DNA from: an uncultured Poribacteria bacterium
GTDB lineage: Bacteria; Poribacteria; WGA-4E; WGA-3G
Direction: 5' to 3'
Length of the DNA: 64,000 nucleotides
NCBI GenBank assembly: GCA_951813565.1
Contig: OX638351.1
Span: forward strand, 480,001 to 544,000
Within the stretch, counting starts at the first letter, position 1. Every line of letters begins with the position of its first letter. The notes beneath the pieces are model-generated. The model had not been told where the DNA came from. It saw only the letters and a program-made list of their open reading frames with translations, and ran no database searches. Below are positions 37,783-48,350 of this stretch, in pieces. A program made the translations under genes and the position numbers.

Positions 37783-38993
37783 GCCCAGCCTTGGCTTTCA
37801 CCACCGACGCGTGCTTTACTAATCTTCTCGTAGTAGCCGCTCTTTCGGTATGCTGTCAATGGATGCGGGTCTCGCTCCATCTCCAAACGTACCTGCTCAA
37901 GTAGTGGATTCACATCTGTTTCATACGCGCGTTGGAGGATACTTTCTGCTTCAACCAAGTCCGCTGCGTCTTGTGCTGCTGCTAACGCATCTCGGTCAAC
38001 CAACAGTGCCTTTGCATACGCTTTTTGTAAGTTGCATACCGACTGGATGCTCGCTTCAACCTTCGGTTTCAAATTATGGCTCTGGTCAATCATATAGGCG
38101 ATGTCGGTTTCCGTTACAGGATCAAGTTCTGCGGCGACAAGTTCGGTATAGATTAGGAAGAGTTCTTGTGGATTGATAGAACCCACCGTTAGGTCGTCAT
38201 CTGCATATTTTCGGCAATTGAAGTGGAATCCGCCGAGTTTGCCTTCGTCAATTAGGTATGCGACAATGAATTCAATATTTGTGCCTTGCGGATGGTGTCC
38301 CAGATCAATGAGGACTTGCGCTTTCGCCCCCAATTTCATTGCCATCAGATAAGCAGTGCCCCAATCCGCTAAATCGGTGTGATAGAATGCTGGTTCAAAG
38401 AACTTGTATTCTATCAGCATGCGGGTGGCATCAGGGAGCGCATCGTAGACCTCACCTAACGCTTCTGTCATCCACTGCTTACGTTTTCTGAAATTGGCTT
38501 GCCCAGGAAAGTTCGTGCCATCGGCAAACCACAAACTGATTAAATCTGACCCTGTTTTCTCCATGATGTCAACACATTCTAACATGTGTTCAATCGCGAG
38601 GCGGCGGATCTCTGCGTTCGGGTTGCAGACACTACCGAGTTTATACACTTGGTCTTGAAAAACATTCGGGTTAATAGCGCCGATTCCGATGCCAACATCT
38701 GCAGCATATTGTTTCAATGTTTCCCAATCATCGGTTTTATCCCATGGAATGTGAAGTGCTACAGTAGGCGCGATACCTGTGAATCTGTGTACAGTAGCCG
38801 CATCTTCCAAACGTTCTGCGGCGTTTCTTGCAGCGCCGGGTTGTTCAAACACGCCGAATCGGGTGCCAGAATTACCGTAACCCCAAGAAGGTGTTTCAAT
38901 ATGTTGCTGTTTGAGGTGTGCTTTAACTGTCTCTACCTGAATTCCCTGCTCCTCTAATGTTTCAGCTAACAGGTCATAAGCTGGACTGCTCAT
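37779..38993 (-). CDS. rhaI: L-rhamnose isomerase (Streptomyces/Thermotoga-type RhaI)
   Basis: [55 protein letters not shown] 38993 after AGGAG. Confidence 0.92.
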   Translation of the reverse strand: MSSPAYDLLAETLEEQGIQVETVKAHLKQQHIETPSWGYGNSGTRFGVFEQPGAARNAAERLEDAATVHRFTGIAPTVALHIPWDKTDDWETLKQYAADVGIGIGAINPNVFQDQVYKLGSVCNPNAEIRRLAIEHMLECVDIMEKTGSDLISLWFADGTNFPGQANFRKRKQWMTEALGEVYDALPDATRMLIEYKFFEPAFYHTDLADWGTAYLMAMKLGAKAQVLIDLGHHPQGTNIEFIVAYLIDEGKLGGFHFNCRKYADDDLTVGSINPQELFLIYTELVAAELDPVTETDIAYMIDQSHNLKPKVEASIQSVCNLQKAYAKALLVDRDALAAAQDAADLVEAESILQRAYETDVNPLLEQVRLEMERDPHPLTAYRKSGYYEKISKARVGGESQGWA

Positions 38994-39092
38994 ATATGTT
39001 TTCTCCTGATTGCAGTTCATGTTTTGGGAATAATTATAGCATATATCCGATTTTTATGTAAATATTGTCATGAAATTGGGGTGTGTTAATTT

Positions 39093-39141
39093 GTCTGAAT
39101 CACAGATTATACGGATTTCGCAGATTACGCGGATTTTGGGA
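39093..39141. repeat. Short repeat of 9-bp gattNNNC(a/g) units; second copy at 58583-58631
   Basis: tctgaatcacagattatacggatttcgcagattacgcggattttggga versus tctgaatcacggattatgcagattgcacagattgcacggattttggga. Confidence 0.7.
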
Positions 39142-39248
39142 TTTTCTATGTGTTCAACGTTTTTGATAGTATCAAAGAAACCTTCATCATGATCGGCGGA
39201 CAAAGCCCTCCCACAAGAGAAAGGGACAGAATTTTAGATTTGACTATA

Positions 39249-39304
39249 AAAAATAGGCAGATGAGATGAACGGATCTGAGTATCCGCCTATCCTCACCTG
39301 CCTT
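39249..39304 (-). terminator. Probable terminator after the DUF1553 gene
   Basis: aggcag(a)tgag ... ctcacctgcct stem with A-run on + strand. Confidence 0.55.
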
Positions 39305-39326
39305 AAAGGTTAATGTTTAGGCACAT

Positions 39327-41585
39327 TTACCGATTGAAAAGGAAGGAACGGGATGAAATAAGTGCCCAAAGCAGGTCTTCTGTGTCATCACGTCTTGTAT
39401 CATTATCGGCAAGATATGTCTTAGCCTTTTCAAGTTCCACTTCTGTGGGATGACGACTCAGGGTCATTAGATACAACTCAGTAGCCAATTCTGCCGGTTG
39501 TAGCTTTTCTCCAGTCTTCGGTTCAAGAAGTTGAGTAATTGTACCATTGCGGGTTTTCAACTTCTGGTTCACATAACGGGAGTTAATAATGTGAAGTGCC
39601 TGGGTGAGTGTCGGTTCAAGTAGAGGGTCTAAGTTGCCCAAGAACTCCCTATCGGAACGTCCGAAAAGGTCGAGAAAGGCTGAACGCACTGGCAGCGGTA
39701 ATTCAATAGCGCGCGTGCCCTCCGGATACCTTCCGTATTTCTGCGATGATCCCGTAACATCGTTTAGCACATCAAGCAACACTTGTGCCATCAAGGGGCG
39801 CGGCATGAATCGAGAGAAGAATCTATCATCTAATTTATTCGTTTCATTTGGTTCTGCGGAAAGTTGATAGGTCCGAGAGTTAAGAATCAACTTGATAATA
39901 TGCTTGGTATCATATCCACTTCGAACAAACTCTTCCGCCAATGCTTCTAAGAGACCTTCAACACTTGCCGGAGTTGTAGCACGCATATCGTCAACCGGGT
40001 CAACAATCCCTCTACCGAAATAGTAACTCCACAAACGGTTGACAGTCGCTTTTGCGAAGTATGGATTTGAATCGGCAGTAATCCAGTCTGAGAGATGTTT
40101 TATTGCATCCGCTCTATACGCCTCTGGCAGCGTTTCTCCTCCAAGGAATGTAGGTTGCGCGATCTGCCCACGGTTGCCCTGCACAGATTGGTTAATTACG
40201 CGCCCCGCGGGGTTGTGATAGACGACCAATTCTTGGTACAGTCCACCTCCACGTGCGTTAACCTTACCTGTGAATGCAGCAAAGTTCCAATAATCATCTG
40301 TTGTCCACTCGTCAAAAGGATGTTTATGGCAACGCGCACAACTGAGCCGGATGCCGAGGAATACTTGTGCGGTGGTTTCAGCCCTGCCTGAAGGTTGCCT
40401 TTCAATCCGATAATAGTTAGTTGGTCCATGCTGATATGTGCTGCCGGTGGCTTCCAAAACTTCACGTACAAACTTATCATACGATTTATTTTCGGCAACA
40501 GAATCTCGAATAAACTCATGGAATAGCGTGGCACCGCGTTCACCAAATTCGCCGTTCCCTAACCGCCGTGGATGCACGCGTAACATATCTGCCAATTTCA
40601 ATGTCCGCAGGTCAATCCACTCCTCCGTTTCCATCAACGTATCAATCAGGTGTGAACGTTTTTCTGGGTTTGAATCAGCGAGAAATTCCTTAACCTCATC
40701 AGATGTGGGTAGCTTTCCGACAGTATCCAGATAGACTCTTCGGATGAACTCGGAATCTGATGTAAGTTCGGACGGGCGCACATTCAATTTTTTGAGTTTC
40801 GCCGCAACGAATTCATCAATAAAATTGTTTGTTAGAATTTGTGGGAAGGATTCCCTGTCAGATTCTCTCGGAACAGTGATGAAAGAAGAGGAGACAACTC
40901 CTAAGTATCTTGCTAAAATAGCCGTTCCACCCCAACGTTCACTTGTTACCAAGCCAGATTCTGTGACAGACGCTACTGGTTCATCTTTAGATTCATAAAC
41001 AGCTTGATCTGTAACATCTTCCACTGACCCGTCAGTAAAATGTGCGAGTACCTTTAGCTGCGTCGTTTCACCAACAGCGGTAAACGCAGCTTCACTTGGT
41101 TCAATTTCAAGTTTTTCCAAACGTGGTTCATCGGGTGAGAAGGGAGCGCCAGCGGAAATCCACTCAAGAATGGTTTCCGCTTCATCAGAATTAGCACCAA
41201 ACCTCACGCCACCTGCATGTGAAATCTGTCCGGTTGGTTTTAGAAAAAGGAGACTCTGTTCAGGTTCAAGTAGGTTGATACGCCGTCCCCGGTTATGATG
41301 CACAATGGGTTCATAATCACTTTCTGGGTTCAGCGTAAGTAAGGATAGATTTAAACCGCCTTGTCCACCGAATTTCCCATGGCAAAGCCCCGCGGAACAC
41401 CCTTGTTTATCAAGGATAGGTGCGATATCTTTCAAAAAAAGCGGCGCACGTTCTTTTGTCTCGTTATCAAGTTGTACATTGTCTGTATTTCCCCAACAGG
41501 TTGAAGTAGTTAACATGGTTATACATACAGTAATGGCACATACTATGAGGAAAGGAACTATACTGTTCCATCTAATGCTATTCAT
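39327..41585 (-). CDS. DUF1549/DUF1553 (Planctomycete PSD1-type) protein with Ig-like domain
   Basis: GCSAGLCHG, NFIDEFV, FIRRVYLD, CARCHKHPF, NPYFAKATVNRLW..GRGIVDPVDD, LLWALISS. Confidence 0.9.
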   Translation of the reverse strand: MNSIRWNSIVPFLIVCAITVCITMLTTSTCWGNTDNVQLDNETKERAPLFLKDIAPILDKQGCSAGLCHGKFGGQGGLNLSLLTLNPESDYEPIVHHNRGRRINLLEPEQSLLFLKPTGQISHAGGVRFGANSDEAETILEWISAGAPFSPDEPRLEKLEIEPSEAAFTAVGETTQLKVLAHFTDGSVEDVTDQAVYESKDEPVASVTESGLVTSERWGGTAILARYLGVVSSSFITVPRESDRESFPQILTNNFIDEFVAAKLKKLNVRPSELTSDSEFIRRVYLDTVGKLPTSDEVKEFLADSNPEKRSHLIDTLMETEEWIDLRTLKLADMLRVHPRRLGNGEFGERGATLFHEFIRDSVAENKSYDKFVREVLEATGSTYQHGPTNYYRIERQPSGRAETTAQVFLGIRLSCARCHKHPFDEWTTDDYWNFAAFTGKVNARGGGLYQELVVYHNPAGRVINQSVQGNRGQIAQPTFLGGETLPEAYRADAIKHLSDWITADSNPYFAKATVNRLWSYYFGRGIVDPVDDMRATTPASVEGLLEALAEEFVRSGYDTKHIIKLILNSRTYQLSAEPNETNKLDDRFFSRFMPRPLMAQVLLDVLNDVTGSSQKYGRYPEGTRAIELPLPVRSAFLDLFGRSDREFLGNLDPLLEPTLTQALHIINSRYVNQKLKTRNGTITQLLEPKTGEKLQPAELATELYLMTLSRHPTEVELEKAKTYLADNDTRRDDTEDLLWALISSRSFLFNR

Positions 41586-41924
41586 GTCATGTCTCCTTAC
41601 CTTTACAAGGAATTCACGATCTTATGCTCGCCAATTTAACGAGGCTATCTGACACCTCAGGCGTTCAATGTTGCAATTCTACACTACTGTGAGGTCAATT
41701 GTCAACCTTTTCTTAGAAATCTGCCAGAGGCATTCAATTGTCGAGTTTTCTAATCTAATATTTAAAAAACGTTTCCAAAGAAAAAAGAGGCGCAATGAAT
41801 TGCGCATGGTGAATGTGCGTCCGACATTCACATTAAACGCTTTTGTTGTTAAATCGGGCGGACAAAGCCCTCGGACAAGAGTGCTTCGCGACAATTGAAT
41901 GGCTCTGAGAAATCTTTCTATAAG

Positions 41925-44369
41925 TTATACAAACACCTCAGAAAAGACGTCGGTCATATTTTCAACAAAGAGGAATGCAAGTCCTTCTTGGATATCTTCA
42001 GGAATTTCAACAAAATCTTTTTGGTTGCCCTGTGGGACAATAATTTTCTTAATACCTGCTTGCTTAGCGGCGAGTATCTTCTCTTTGACACCACCAATGG
42101 GCAGTACTCTACCTCTTAAGGTCAATTCACCCGTCATAGCGACTTCAGGATCAATACCACGTTTCGTTGCAATGGAAGCGAGGGCAGCGGCAATTGTGAT
42201 ACCCGCAGAGGGACCATCCTTTGGAATACCTCCCGCTGGTACATGAATATGGATATCGTCTTGGAGTGCAAGTGTGTCAAATTCCAAGGAAGAGGCTTGA
42301 GATTTGACATAAGTGAGTGCTGTTTGTGCCGATTCCTGCATCACTTCACCTATTTGTCCAGTGACAAGGAGTTCCCCCTTTCCACTCTGTTTTTGGGAGG
42401 CAGTCGCCTCAATAAAGAGTATTTCACCTCCCGCCGGTGTAACTGAGAGACCGGTAGCAACACCGACATCAGCCGTTCTGCCAGCAATTTCGGAATCGAA
42501 CTTCGGAGGACCAAGATAATTCGGTATTTCTTTAATTCCGATTTTGGTGCGATCGTTTTGTCCTTCCGCTACACGGCGCGCAGATTTACGGCATAACGTG
42601 CCAAGTTCGCGCTCCAGATTCCGAACACCTGCCTCTCGGGTGTATTCATTGATTACTTTTCCAATTGCTGCAGCAGAGATCCCCAATTGTTTCTTCGTAA
42701 TACCGTTTTCCTTAAGTTGACGCGGGATAAGATACTGTTTTGCAATCTGTTTCTTCTCGTTTGAGGTGTAGCCAGGCAGCTCAATTGTTTCCATTCGGTC
42801 ACGAAGCGGGGGTGGAATTGTGTGGAGTTGGTTTGCCGTTGTGATGAACATAATCTGTGACAGATCAAATGGGACATCCAAATAGTTATCAGTGAATGCA
42901 TGGTTTTGTTCAGGATCCAGTACTTCAAGCAGTGCTGCTGCTGGATCACCTCTGAAATCGGAACCAAGCTTATCAATTTCATCAAGCATAAAGACAGGAT
43001 TATTAGATTCTGCCTGCCGTACCCCTTTAATAATACGACCAGGCATTGAACCGATGTAGGTGCGTCGATGCCCACGAATTTCGGCTTCGTCGTGCATACC
43101 GCCAAGGGAGATACGGGCAAATTTTCTACCAATAGCACGAGCGATAGACTTACCGAGAGATGTTTTTCCCACCCCCGGCGGACCTACGAAGCAAAAGATA
43201 GGACCCTTCATGTCAGATTTAAGAATTCGGACAGCGAGATGTTCAACAATACGTTCTTTTACTTTCGTTAAATTGTAGTGGTCTGCATCAAGAATTTTCA
43301 TTGCCTTTGTAAGGTCAATAGCGTCCTCTGTATGGACTGCCCACGGTAAATTGAGAAGCCAATCCAAATAATTTCGTGAAACGGTTGATTCCGGTGAAAA
43401 AGACTGCATTTTGGAAAGACGATTAAGTTCCTTGATAGCCGCTTTGTGTGCTTTTGGCGGTAAATTGGCATCTTTCAACTGTTCACGCATTTCGTTGATA
43501 TCAGAAGCTAAATCATCTGACTCACCGAGTTCCGTCTGAATTGCTTTAAGCTGCTCACGTAGGAAGTACTCACGTTGTCCTTTATTGATAACGGCTTGTG
43601 CGTTGGACTGAATTTTGCTTTCCAACTCATGCAGGTCAACCTCTTTTGCAAGGATAACAGCAAGTTTATTAAGCCGCTCAGGAATAGAGACTGCCTCAAG
43701 GACTTGCTGCTTCTCTTGAGGTTTGAGGTCTAAGACAGCGGCAATATAATCGGCTAACCTCCCAGGTTCATCAATGTTTTTGGTCATGATCCCATGTTCT
43801 TCTTGATAACGTGAGGAAAGTTGGACAATGCGCTGGAACATTTCATCAGTGCTTCGAACGAGCGCTTCAATCTCTAAGTCATCATCATCAACCTGTTCTT
43901 CAATATCCTCTTCATCTTCTATAAGGCGGACGCGTGCTTTCAAAAAAGGTTCATTGTGCAGTATTTCTTCAATTTGAACCCGTGCGCGGCCATTTGCGAG
44001 AAACAGCACATCTTCATCATCTTTTTTCGCGCGAAGAATGTGAATTAGGCTGCCGATGGGGCTTAATTCTTCCAAAGTCATATCTTTGACTGCGCGCGGG
44101 TCTATGTCTAAACTGCGACCCGAATTAGTTTGGAAAATACAGAGCACCCGTTCACCGTTTAACATCGCATCGTCAACAGCATCCATGACCATTTTCCCCG
44201 AAAGCGCAACATGATGTGGTGGAAAAGGCGGTACCGGTGGCATATAAGGAAAGATGACAAGATCATTCACCGGAAGTATCGGTAGCTCCGCCGTCTCTAA
44301 GATTTCTTCAGCATCCTCATGTTCTTCAGAATTTTCATCTTCATTAATAGTTTCGTGTTCGTTTTCCAT
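41925..44369 (-). CDS. lon: Endopeptidase La
   Basis: GPPGVGKTS, EIRGHRRTYIG, DEIDK, PKDGPSAG, GGVKEK. Confidence 0.97.
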   Translation of the reverse strand: MENEHETINEDENSEEHEDAEEILETAELPILPVNDLVIFPYMPPVPPFPPHHVALSGKMVMDAVDDAMLNGERVLCIFQTNSGRSLDIDPRAVKDMTLEELSPIGSLIHILRAKKDDEDVLFLANGRARVQIEEILHNEPFLKARVRLIEDEEDIEEQVDDDDLEIEALVRSTDEMFQRIVQLSSRYQEEHGIMTKNIDEPGRLADYIAAVLDLKPQEKQQVLEAVSIPERLNKLAVILAKEVDLHELESKIQSNAQAVINKGQREYFLREQLKAIQTELGESDDLASDINEMREQLKDANLPPKAHKAAIKELNRLSKMQSFSPESTVSRNYLDWLLNLPWAVHTEDAIDLTKAMKILDADHYNLTKVKERIVEHLAVRILKSDMKGPIFCFVGPPGVGKTSLGKSIARAIGRKFARISLGGMHDEAEIRGHRRTYIGSMPGRIIKGVRQAESNNPVFMLDEIDKLGSDFRGDPAAALLEVLDPEQNHAFTDNYLDVPFDLSQIMFITTANQLHTIPPPLRDRMETIELPGYTSNEKKQIAKQYLIPRQLKENGITKKQLGISAAAIGKVINEYTREAGVRNLERELGTLCRKSARRVAEGQNDRTKIGIKEIPNYLGPPKFDSEIAGRTADVGVATGLSVTPAGGEILFIEATASQKQSGKGELLVTGQIGEVMQESAQTALTYVKSQASSLEFDTLALQDDIHIHVPAGGIPKDGPSAGITIAAALASIATKRGIDPEVAMTGELTLRGRVLPIGGVKEKILAAKQAGIKKIIVPQGNQKDFVEIPEDIQEGLAFLFVENMTDVFSEVFV

Positions 44370-44479
44370 TGCTATCTATTCTCCTTTCCATATTTCTCTT
44401 TTTCTTTAAGTACATCGCTAACATCTTTGGATGGTGTCACTGTTGAAGACGCTCCGACAGGTGCCCTTTCAAAACATTC

Positions 44480-45595
44480 CTACTCGGATTTATGGACACT
44501 GTTAATCCATCCACGTTCTCCTTCAATAATTACCTCTGTTTTAAGTGCAGCGCACCGTTTTTGATACTCTTGCAGCGCCTCTATTGCAGATTCCTCTAAA
44601 TTTTTATCAGTAGTCTCTGTGGCAGAACCTTTAGCTTTAAGGAGACTCGGTTGCGGAATTGACTCACCCAGTTTATCTACCAAAATCGGAATCAATTCAA
44701 TAGATTTGAGTGCTCCTTCTACAAAAGTTACTTTAGGAATAATTGTGCGCGCATACTGTAATGAATAGGTATCATAGATGAAGTCTGCGAGACTATAGAC
44801 AATAGGTTTTTCTTTATAGAGTTCAATACCCCCAAGTGTATGGAGTTGTTGACATAAAACCAGATCAGCGCCGGCATCAATAAGTGCTTGTGCAAAAATG
44901 CGTTGCCGTCCGATACTCGCTTGTTGTGCCATCAGTTCTGCGTCCTTTCTACCCCAATGCAACCAGACGATGACAAGTTCTGCATTATCATTTACCTGCC
45001 TAACCGCATGCGTCATTTGGCTATAGGCAGCAGAGGCAACAACGTCTAACGATGCCATATTGAATTCATTTCCACGCAAATAAGCGTACAATGCAATTTT
45101 TTTAGCGTTAACTTCTAACCATGCAGGCGCATTTGCTGCTGCAGGTGAAATTCCCGCACCTATTGATTTAACGTTGTACCATTCCAAATTGGTTACCGTA
45201 TCTTCAAGTGCTTCGATTCCAAAATCCATGATGTGCGGTGTCGCTAAGGAAACTGCATCAAATCCGGCATTTGCGAGTGCTCGTGCGAGTCCGGGAGCAG
45301 CACGGAAACGCAATTCTCGACTTGGATCTGGCTCTCCTCTGTCTGAAATGCTCGTGTTGAGGGATACTGTGGCAACATCCGCTGACTGAATGACAGCTGC
45401 CGTGCCTTCAAAAAATACACCTGCACCCTGTCGTTCAATGAGTGGCGTAAAGTTGCTTCCTATTGTTATATCGCCAACAGCAACGATGGAAATTTCTTCG
45501 GAGTCTAAGTCCGACGCGAGAGATGATGCTTCTAATGTAATACCACACGGTATAAGCAGAAACACAGAAATGAGAAAAAATGTTGTGTTTTTCAT
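44480..45595 (-). CDS. CapA (PGA_cap) family metallophosphatase-fold protein, divergent
   Basis: AVGDI, GFDAVSLATPHIMDFG, LHWG, LIDAGADLV, PIVYSL. Confidence 0.8.
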   Translation of the reverse strand: MKNTTFFLISVFLLIPCGITLEASSLASDLDSEEISIVAVGDITIGSNFTPLIERQGAGVFFEGTAAVIQSADVATVSLNTSISDRGEPDPSRELRFRAAPGLARALANAGFDAVSLATPHIMDFGIEALEDTVTNLEWYNVKSIGAGISPAAANAPAWLEVNAKKIALYAYLRGNEFNMASLDVVASAAYSQMTHAVRQVNDNAELVIVWLHWGRKDAELMAQQASIGRQRIFAQALIDAGADLVLCQQLHTLGGIELYKEKPIVYSLADFIYDTYSLQYARTIIPKVTFVEGALKSIELIPILVDKLGESIPQPSLLKAKGSATETTDKNLEESAIEALQEYQKRCAALKTEVIIEGERGWINSVHKSE

Positions 45596-46062
45596 GATTC
45601 TTTTTTTAATTGTGTGCCAATTGTTATCAAAGCATTCGCGAGCGCTTGCCGGTCAGACTGTCCATCATTTTGGAGTTTTTGTGTTTCTGTGCGAAGTCCA
45701 TCAATTTGTGTCTGAAAATCAGTTGCGAATTCATTAATGAGCATTGACAATTTTTCAAGATCGTTCTCACTACGGCTAATAAGTTCGTCAATACGATTAT
45801 CAACGCGCTGCGCTATGTTATCTGGTATGTCCCCGTATTGCGCTTTAACAGTCGCGACCTCCTTCAACAATCTTGTTTCCATTTCAACAATACTCTGTTG
45901 GGCATTTTCAAGTTCTTGGGTCAATTTCTCAATTTTCTCATTGTAATTACGAAAATCATCTCCAAATATACTGTCCCTGATATAGGCTTCTAAGTTTTGC
46001 GGTTTTGTCTGTTGTGATTCTGCTGTCCCTTCAATCATAGGTGGCTGCTGTGTTTCTTTCAT
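45592..46062 (-). CDS. Hypothetical coiled-coil protein
   Basis: ATG 46062 after AAGGAG; heptad-like helical sequence; stop overlaps the next ATG. Confidence 0.7.
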   Translation of the reverse strand: MKETQQPPMIEGTAESQQTKPQNLEAYIRDSIFGDDFRNYNEKIEKLTQELENAQQSIVEMETRLLKEVATVKAQYGDIPDNIAQRVDNRIDELISRSENDLEKLSMLINEFATDFQTQIDGLRTETQKLQNDGQSDRQALANALITIGTQLKKES

Positions 46063-46146
46063 AAAATATCTCCTTCGCAAATCTTAGTATCTAACATGAC
46101 GCGTCCTATCTAATATAGCGCGAAATTGCCTTACGGTTTAAGAACA

Positions 46147-47226
46147 TTATGGATAGTTATATAGGTTTTCTGGTGCCAGATCCTCTTGTTCAATGTCTAA
46201 TGGCACTGTGGGGTCATTTTGTTCTACAGTTTCATCTGTAGGCTGCGTGCGACTGGCGTTAAATTCGCGGAGGATACAGTTAACAATTTCTTCGCTATAT
46301 GCTTCTGCTGAGACTTGTCTCTGATTTGCTTCCCATGCCATTCGAGCTACCGCTTCAAAGTACTCTGCGTGTTTGTAAGCATCTAAAAGGTCTATCCCGC
46401 GTGAAAAAGTGCCGTGTCCAACCCAATAAAGGATATGGCGCATCGGTGCGGAACCGTTTTCAAAAAGTCGTAAACTCTCATAAGATAATTCAGGTATCCC
46501 TGGCACCCGTTCTTGAACAAACCCAATCCCACCAGATGCATCATAAATAATCGGAGTTTCCGGTTCATATCCTTTAAGGAAACTATAAAAACGATCAGGG
46601 TGACCGTGTTCTGTACGCGAAATTAGGTTTAGAAACTTCGGTTGCAAGTGAACTAACGCTTGAAATCCGTGTTTTTCAAGTTGCTCAAAAATCAAGAGAT
46701 AATGAAACATCTCACTCGTAGGCACACAAGACTGTGAGGCATTTTCCGACTCTGTAGAATTATCTATCTCAACCTGTGTTTGCGTGCCAAAGCGCATTCG
46801 ATAATGTGTTCCATCCGGTTCTACTTCAATGACCGTAAGATTTAGCGCGGGGTGCTCTATACCTACCATGTCCAACCGTGAACCCGATTTGGTTAAAAGC
46901 ACATGTCTACCCGCTAACCCTTTCACGACAATTGCTGCAGGCAACGCGTATCGTGGTGACTCCTCATAAGCGATAAGGCATTTTGCATCTACCGGTTCTG
47001 ATAGTATAACCCCCATATTGCCTGCTGAAGCCCATAGGTAGTCATGAGCGTGCGCATGTGCACCTACCCACCCCATTTGACCAATACATGTGCCTAATTC
47101 GCTATCAGGTGAAATGGGTTGAAGACCCGGTTGATAACCCCTCATACACCACTGTCGGTATAGGTAACTATGTGCTGGTGGCGGTTGCTGGTGCGTCAAG
47201 TAAGGATTGACTAATGTTAATTTCAC
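46147..47226 (-). CDS. Class II aldolase/adducin-fold protein, rhamnulose-1-phosphate aldolase-like, divergent
   Basis: WASAGNMGV, PTSEMFHYL, LVHLQP, PG.PEL, WVGHGTFSRG. Confidence 0.6.
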   Translation of the reverse strand: MKLTLVNPYLTHQQPPPAHSYLYRQWCMRGYQPGLQPISPDSELGTCIGQMGWVGAHAHAHDYLWASAGNMGVILSEPVDAKCLIAYEESPRYALPAAIVVKGLAGRHVLLTKSGSRLDMVGIEHPALNLTVIEVEPDGTHYRMRFGTQTQVEIDNSTESENASQSCVPTSEMFHYLLIFEQLEKHGFQALVHLQPKFLNLISRTEHGHPDRFYSFLKGYEPETPIIYDASGGIGFVQERVPGIPELSYESLRLFENGSAPMRHILYWVGHGTFSRGIDLLDAYKHAEYFEAVARMAWEANQRQVSAEAYSEEIVNCILREFNASRTQPTDETVEQNDPTVPLDIEQEDLAPENLYNYP

Positions 47227-47324
47227 TTGTACCTTTTGGTATAAATTTCTATTCCAAATACTTTATCTTAAAATATACCATGTTTTAAGGGCTTTAGCAA
47301 GTTAAAACGTTGAATCACACTATT

Positions 47325-47687
47325 GGGTGTGTAAAGTTTTTGTAGAAATCCGCACAACTCCTATTGTAGGGGCGGGTTTCCGTGCCTGCCTGTTGCATGG
47401 CACGTCCTGCGCAGTGGCGGGGCACAGAGACCCCGCCCATAGGCGTCAATTTAAGCACACAATTACCAAATTGCCTCTTGTGGGAGGGCTTTATAAGCCC
47501 GATTTATATGTATTTATCGGGGTTGAAAACCCCTCCCACAAGAGGGTATATCCTTAAATTGACGGCTATGGGGCACCAAATCAACGGTATGAATGCCTTA
47601 TCGCATTCCCCGGGACCCCGCCCTACAGTGGAAAACGCCGCGTAATCATTGCAAATTGAACCTATGTAACCAAATATTTACACACCC
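47325..47687. mobile_element. MITE (IS256-like ends) with a nested element at about 47436-47572
   Basis: IR gggtgtgtaaa / tttacacaccc; 9-bp direct repeat cacactatt (47316-47324, 47688-47696); second copy at 9746-9993. Confidence 0.88.
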
Positions 47688-47814
47688 CACACTATTTCTT
47701 TTCTTGAATTAATAGCGCTTTTCTGGTATCCTGTTGCACAGTGAAACACTCCAAACTAAACGACAACCCCAGAAAATCAGCAGCCATAAGGAAAGAACCG
47801 GTGAAACTCAATAA

Positions 47815-48018
47815 GCATATCCCAATTCACTTGCCCATCGCACATTGAAAGATCTATCGCCAAAAGAATTATACGTCTTGATGAGCATTTCCAAAACCCA
47901 TGATTTCTCAAATATTTTGAACTTTTACCAGAACTTTTAGAGTTTTGCGGTGTTTTCAACAATATCTATGAAGAAGAATTGGTTTACGAAAGAACAGAGA
48001 GAAATGCTAAGCAAATTG
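47815..48018 (+). pseudogene. Collapsed relic of an MNT-HEPN locus paralogous to 49087..49982
   Basis: 47815-47897 aligns with the MNT 5' end (cccatcgcaca..gaaaga(t/c)ctatc..cttga(t/c)gagcatttcc); 47898-48018 aligns with the HEPN 3' end (gaagaa(t/c)tggtttacg..aatgctaagcaaattg). Confidence 0.75.
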
Positions 48019-48030
48019 AAACACACCCAC

Positions 48031-48125
48031 AAACCCTTGTGGAGCAGACGTCCGACGCTTCTTCGGAAACGCTGACTGCTACGAAGCACAGGTTTTCCCA
48101 CGCTTTAGCGTGTAAGTACTATGAC
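48031..48125 (+). mobile_element. IS200/IS605-type (tnpB) right-end remnant, candidate omegaRNA scaffold
   Basis: Layout typical of tnpB 3' ends: cc(t)tgtggag ... gaagca ... terminal hairpin cacgct-tt-agcgtg (48099-48112) ... TGAC; no tnpB ORF present. Confidence 0.55.
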
Positions 48126-48257
48126 TCTTGTAAATCACCCTAAATCTGGCAATAGGAGAGTTGAACATGCGACCACTAACGATCTCACTACCAGATTATC
48201 TCTATGAGAAATTGATACAACAAGCACAAGCGTCCGAAACTTCTCTTGCAATTTAAC

Positions 48258-48286
48258 TTGCAAGCGGTTTTGAAATATGTTAAGAT
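48258..48286 (+). promoter_or_regulatory. Promoter of the mazEF-like operon
   Basis: TTGCAA-17 bp-TAAGAT with TGn extension. Confidence 0.55.
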
Positions 48287-48350
48287 CATAATAGCACAAA
48301 CAGAAAATCAGAGAATTAAATTTCATTGCTGAAAAATAAGGAGTTACCTT

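Noticed and set aside
44372..44482. 35 open codons after the capA-like TAG (read-through or pyrrolysine)
   Set aside because: The extension has no recognisable motif and no recoding machinery is visible; chance or a recent nonsense change is sufficient.
47327..47645. Short ORFs in repeat-rich intergenic regions (also 8227-8484, 21025-21335, 22294-22506, 53301-53535, 58182-58391)
   Set aside because: They lie within MITE/REP composites and have no convincing RBS or protein motifs.
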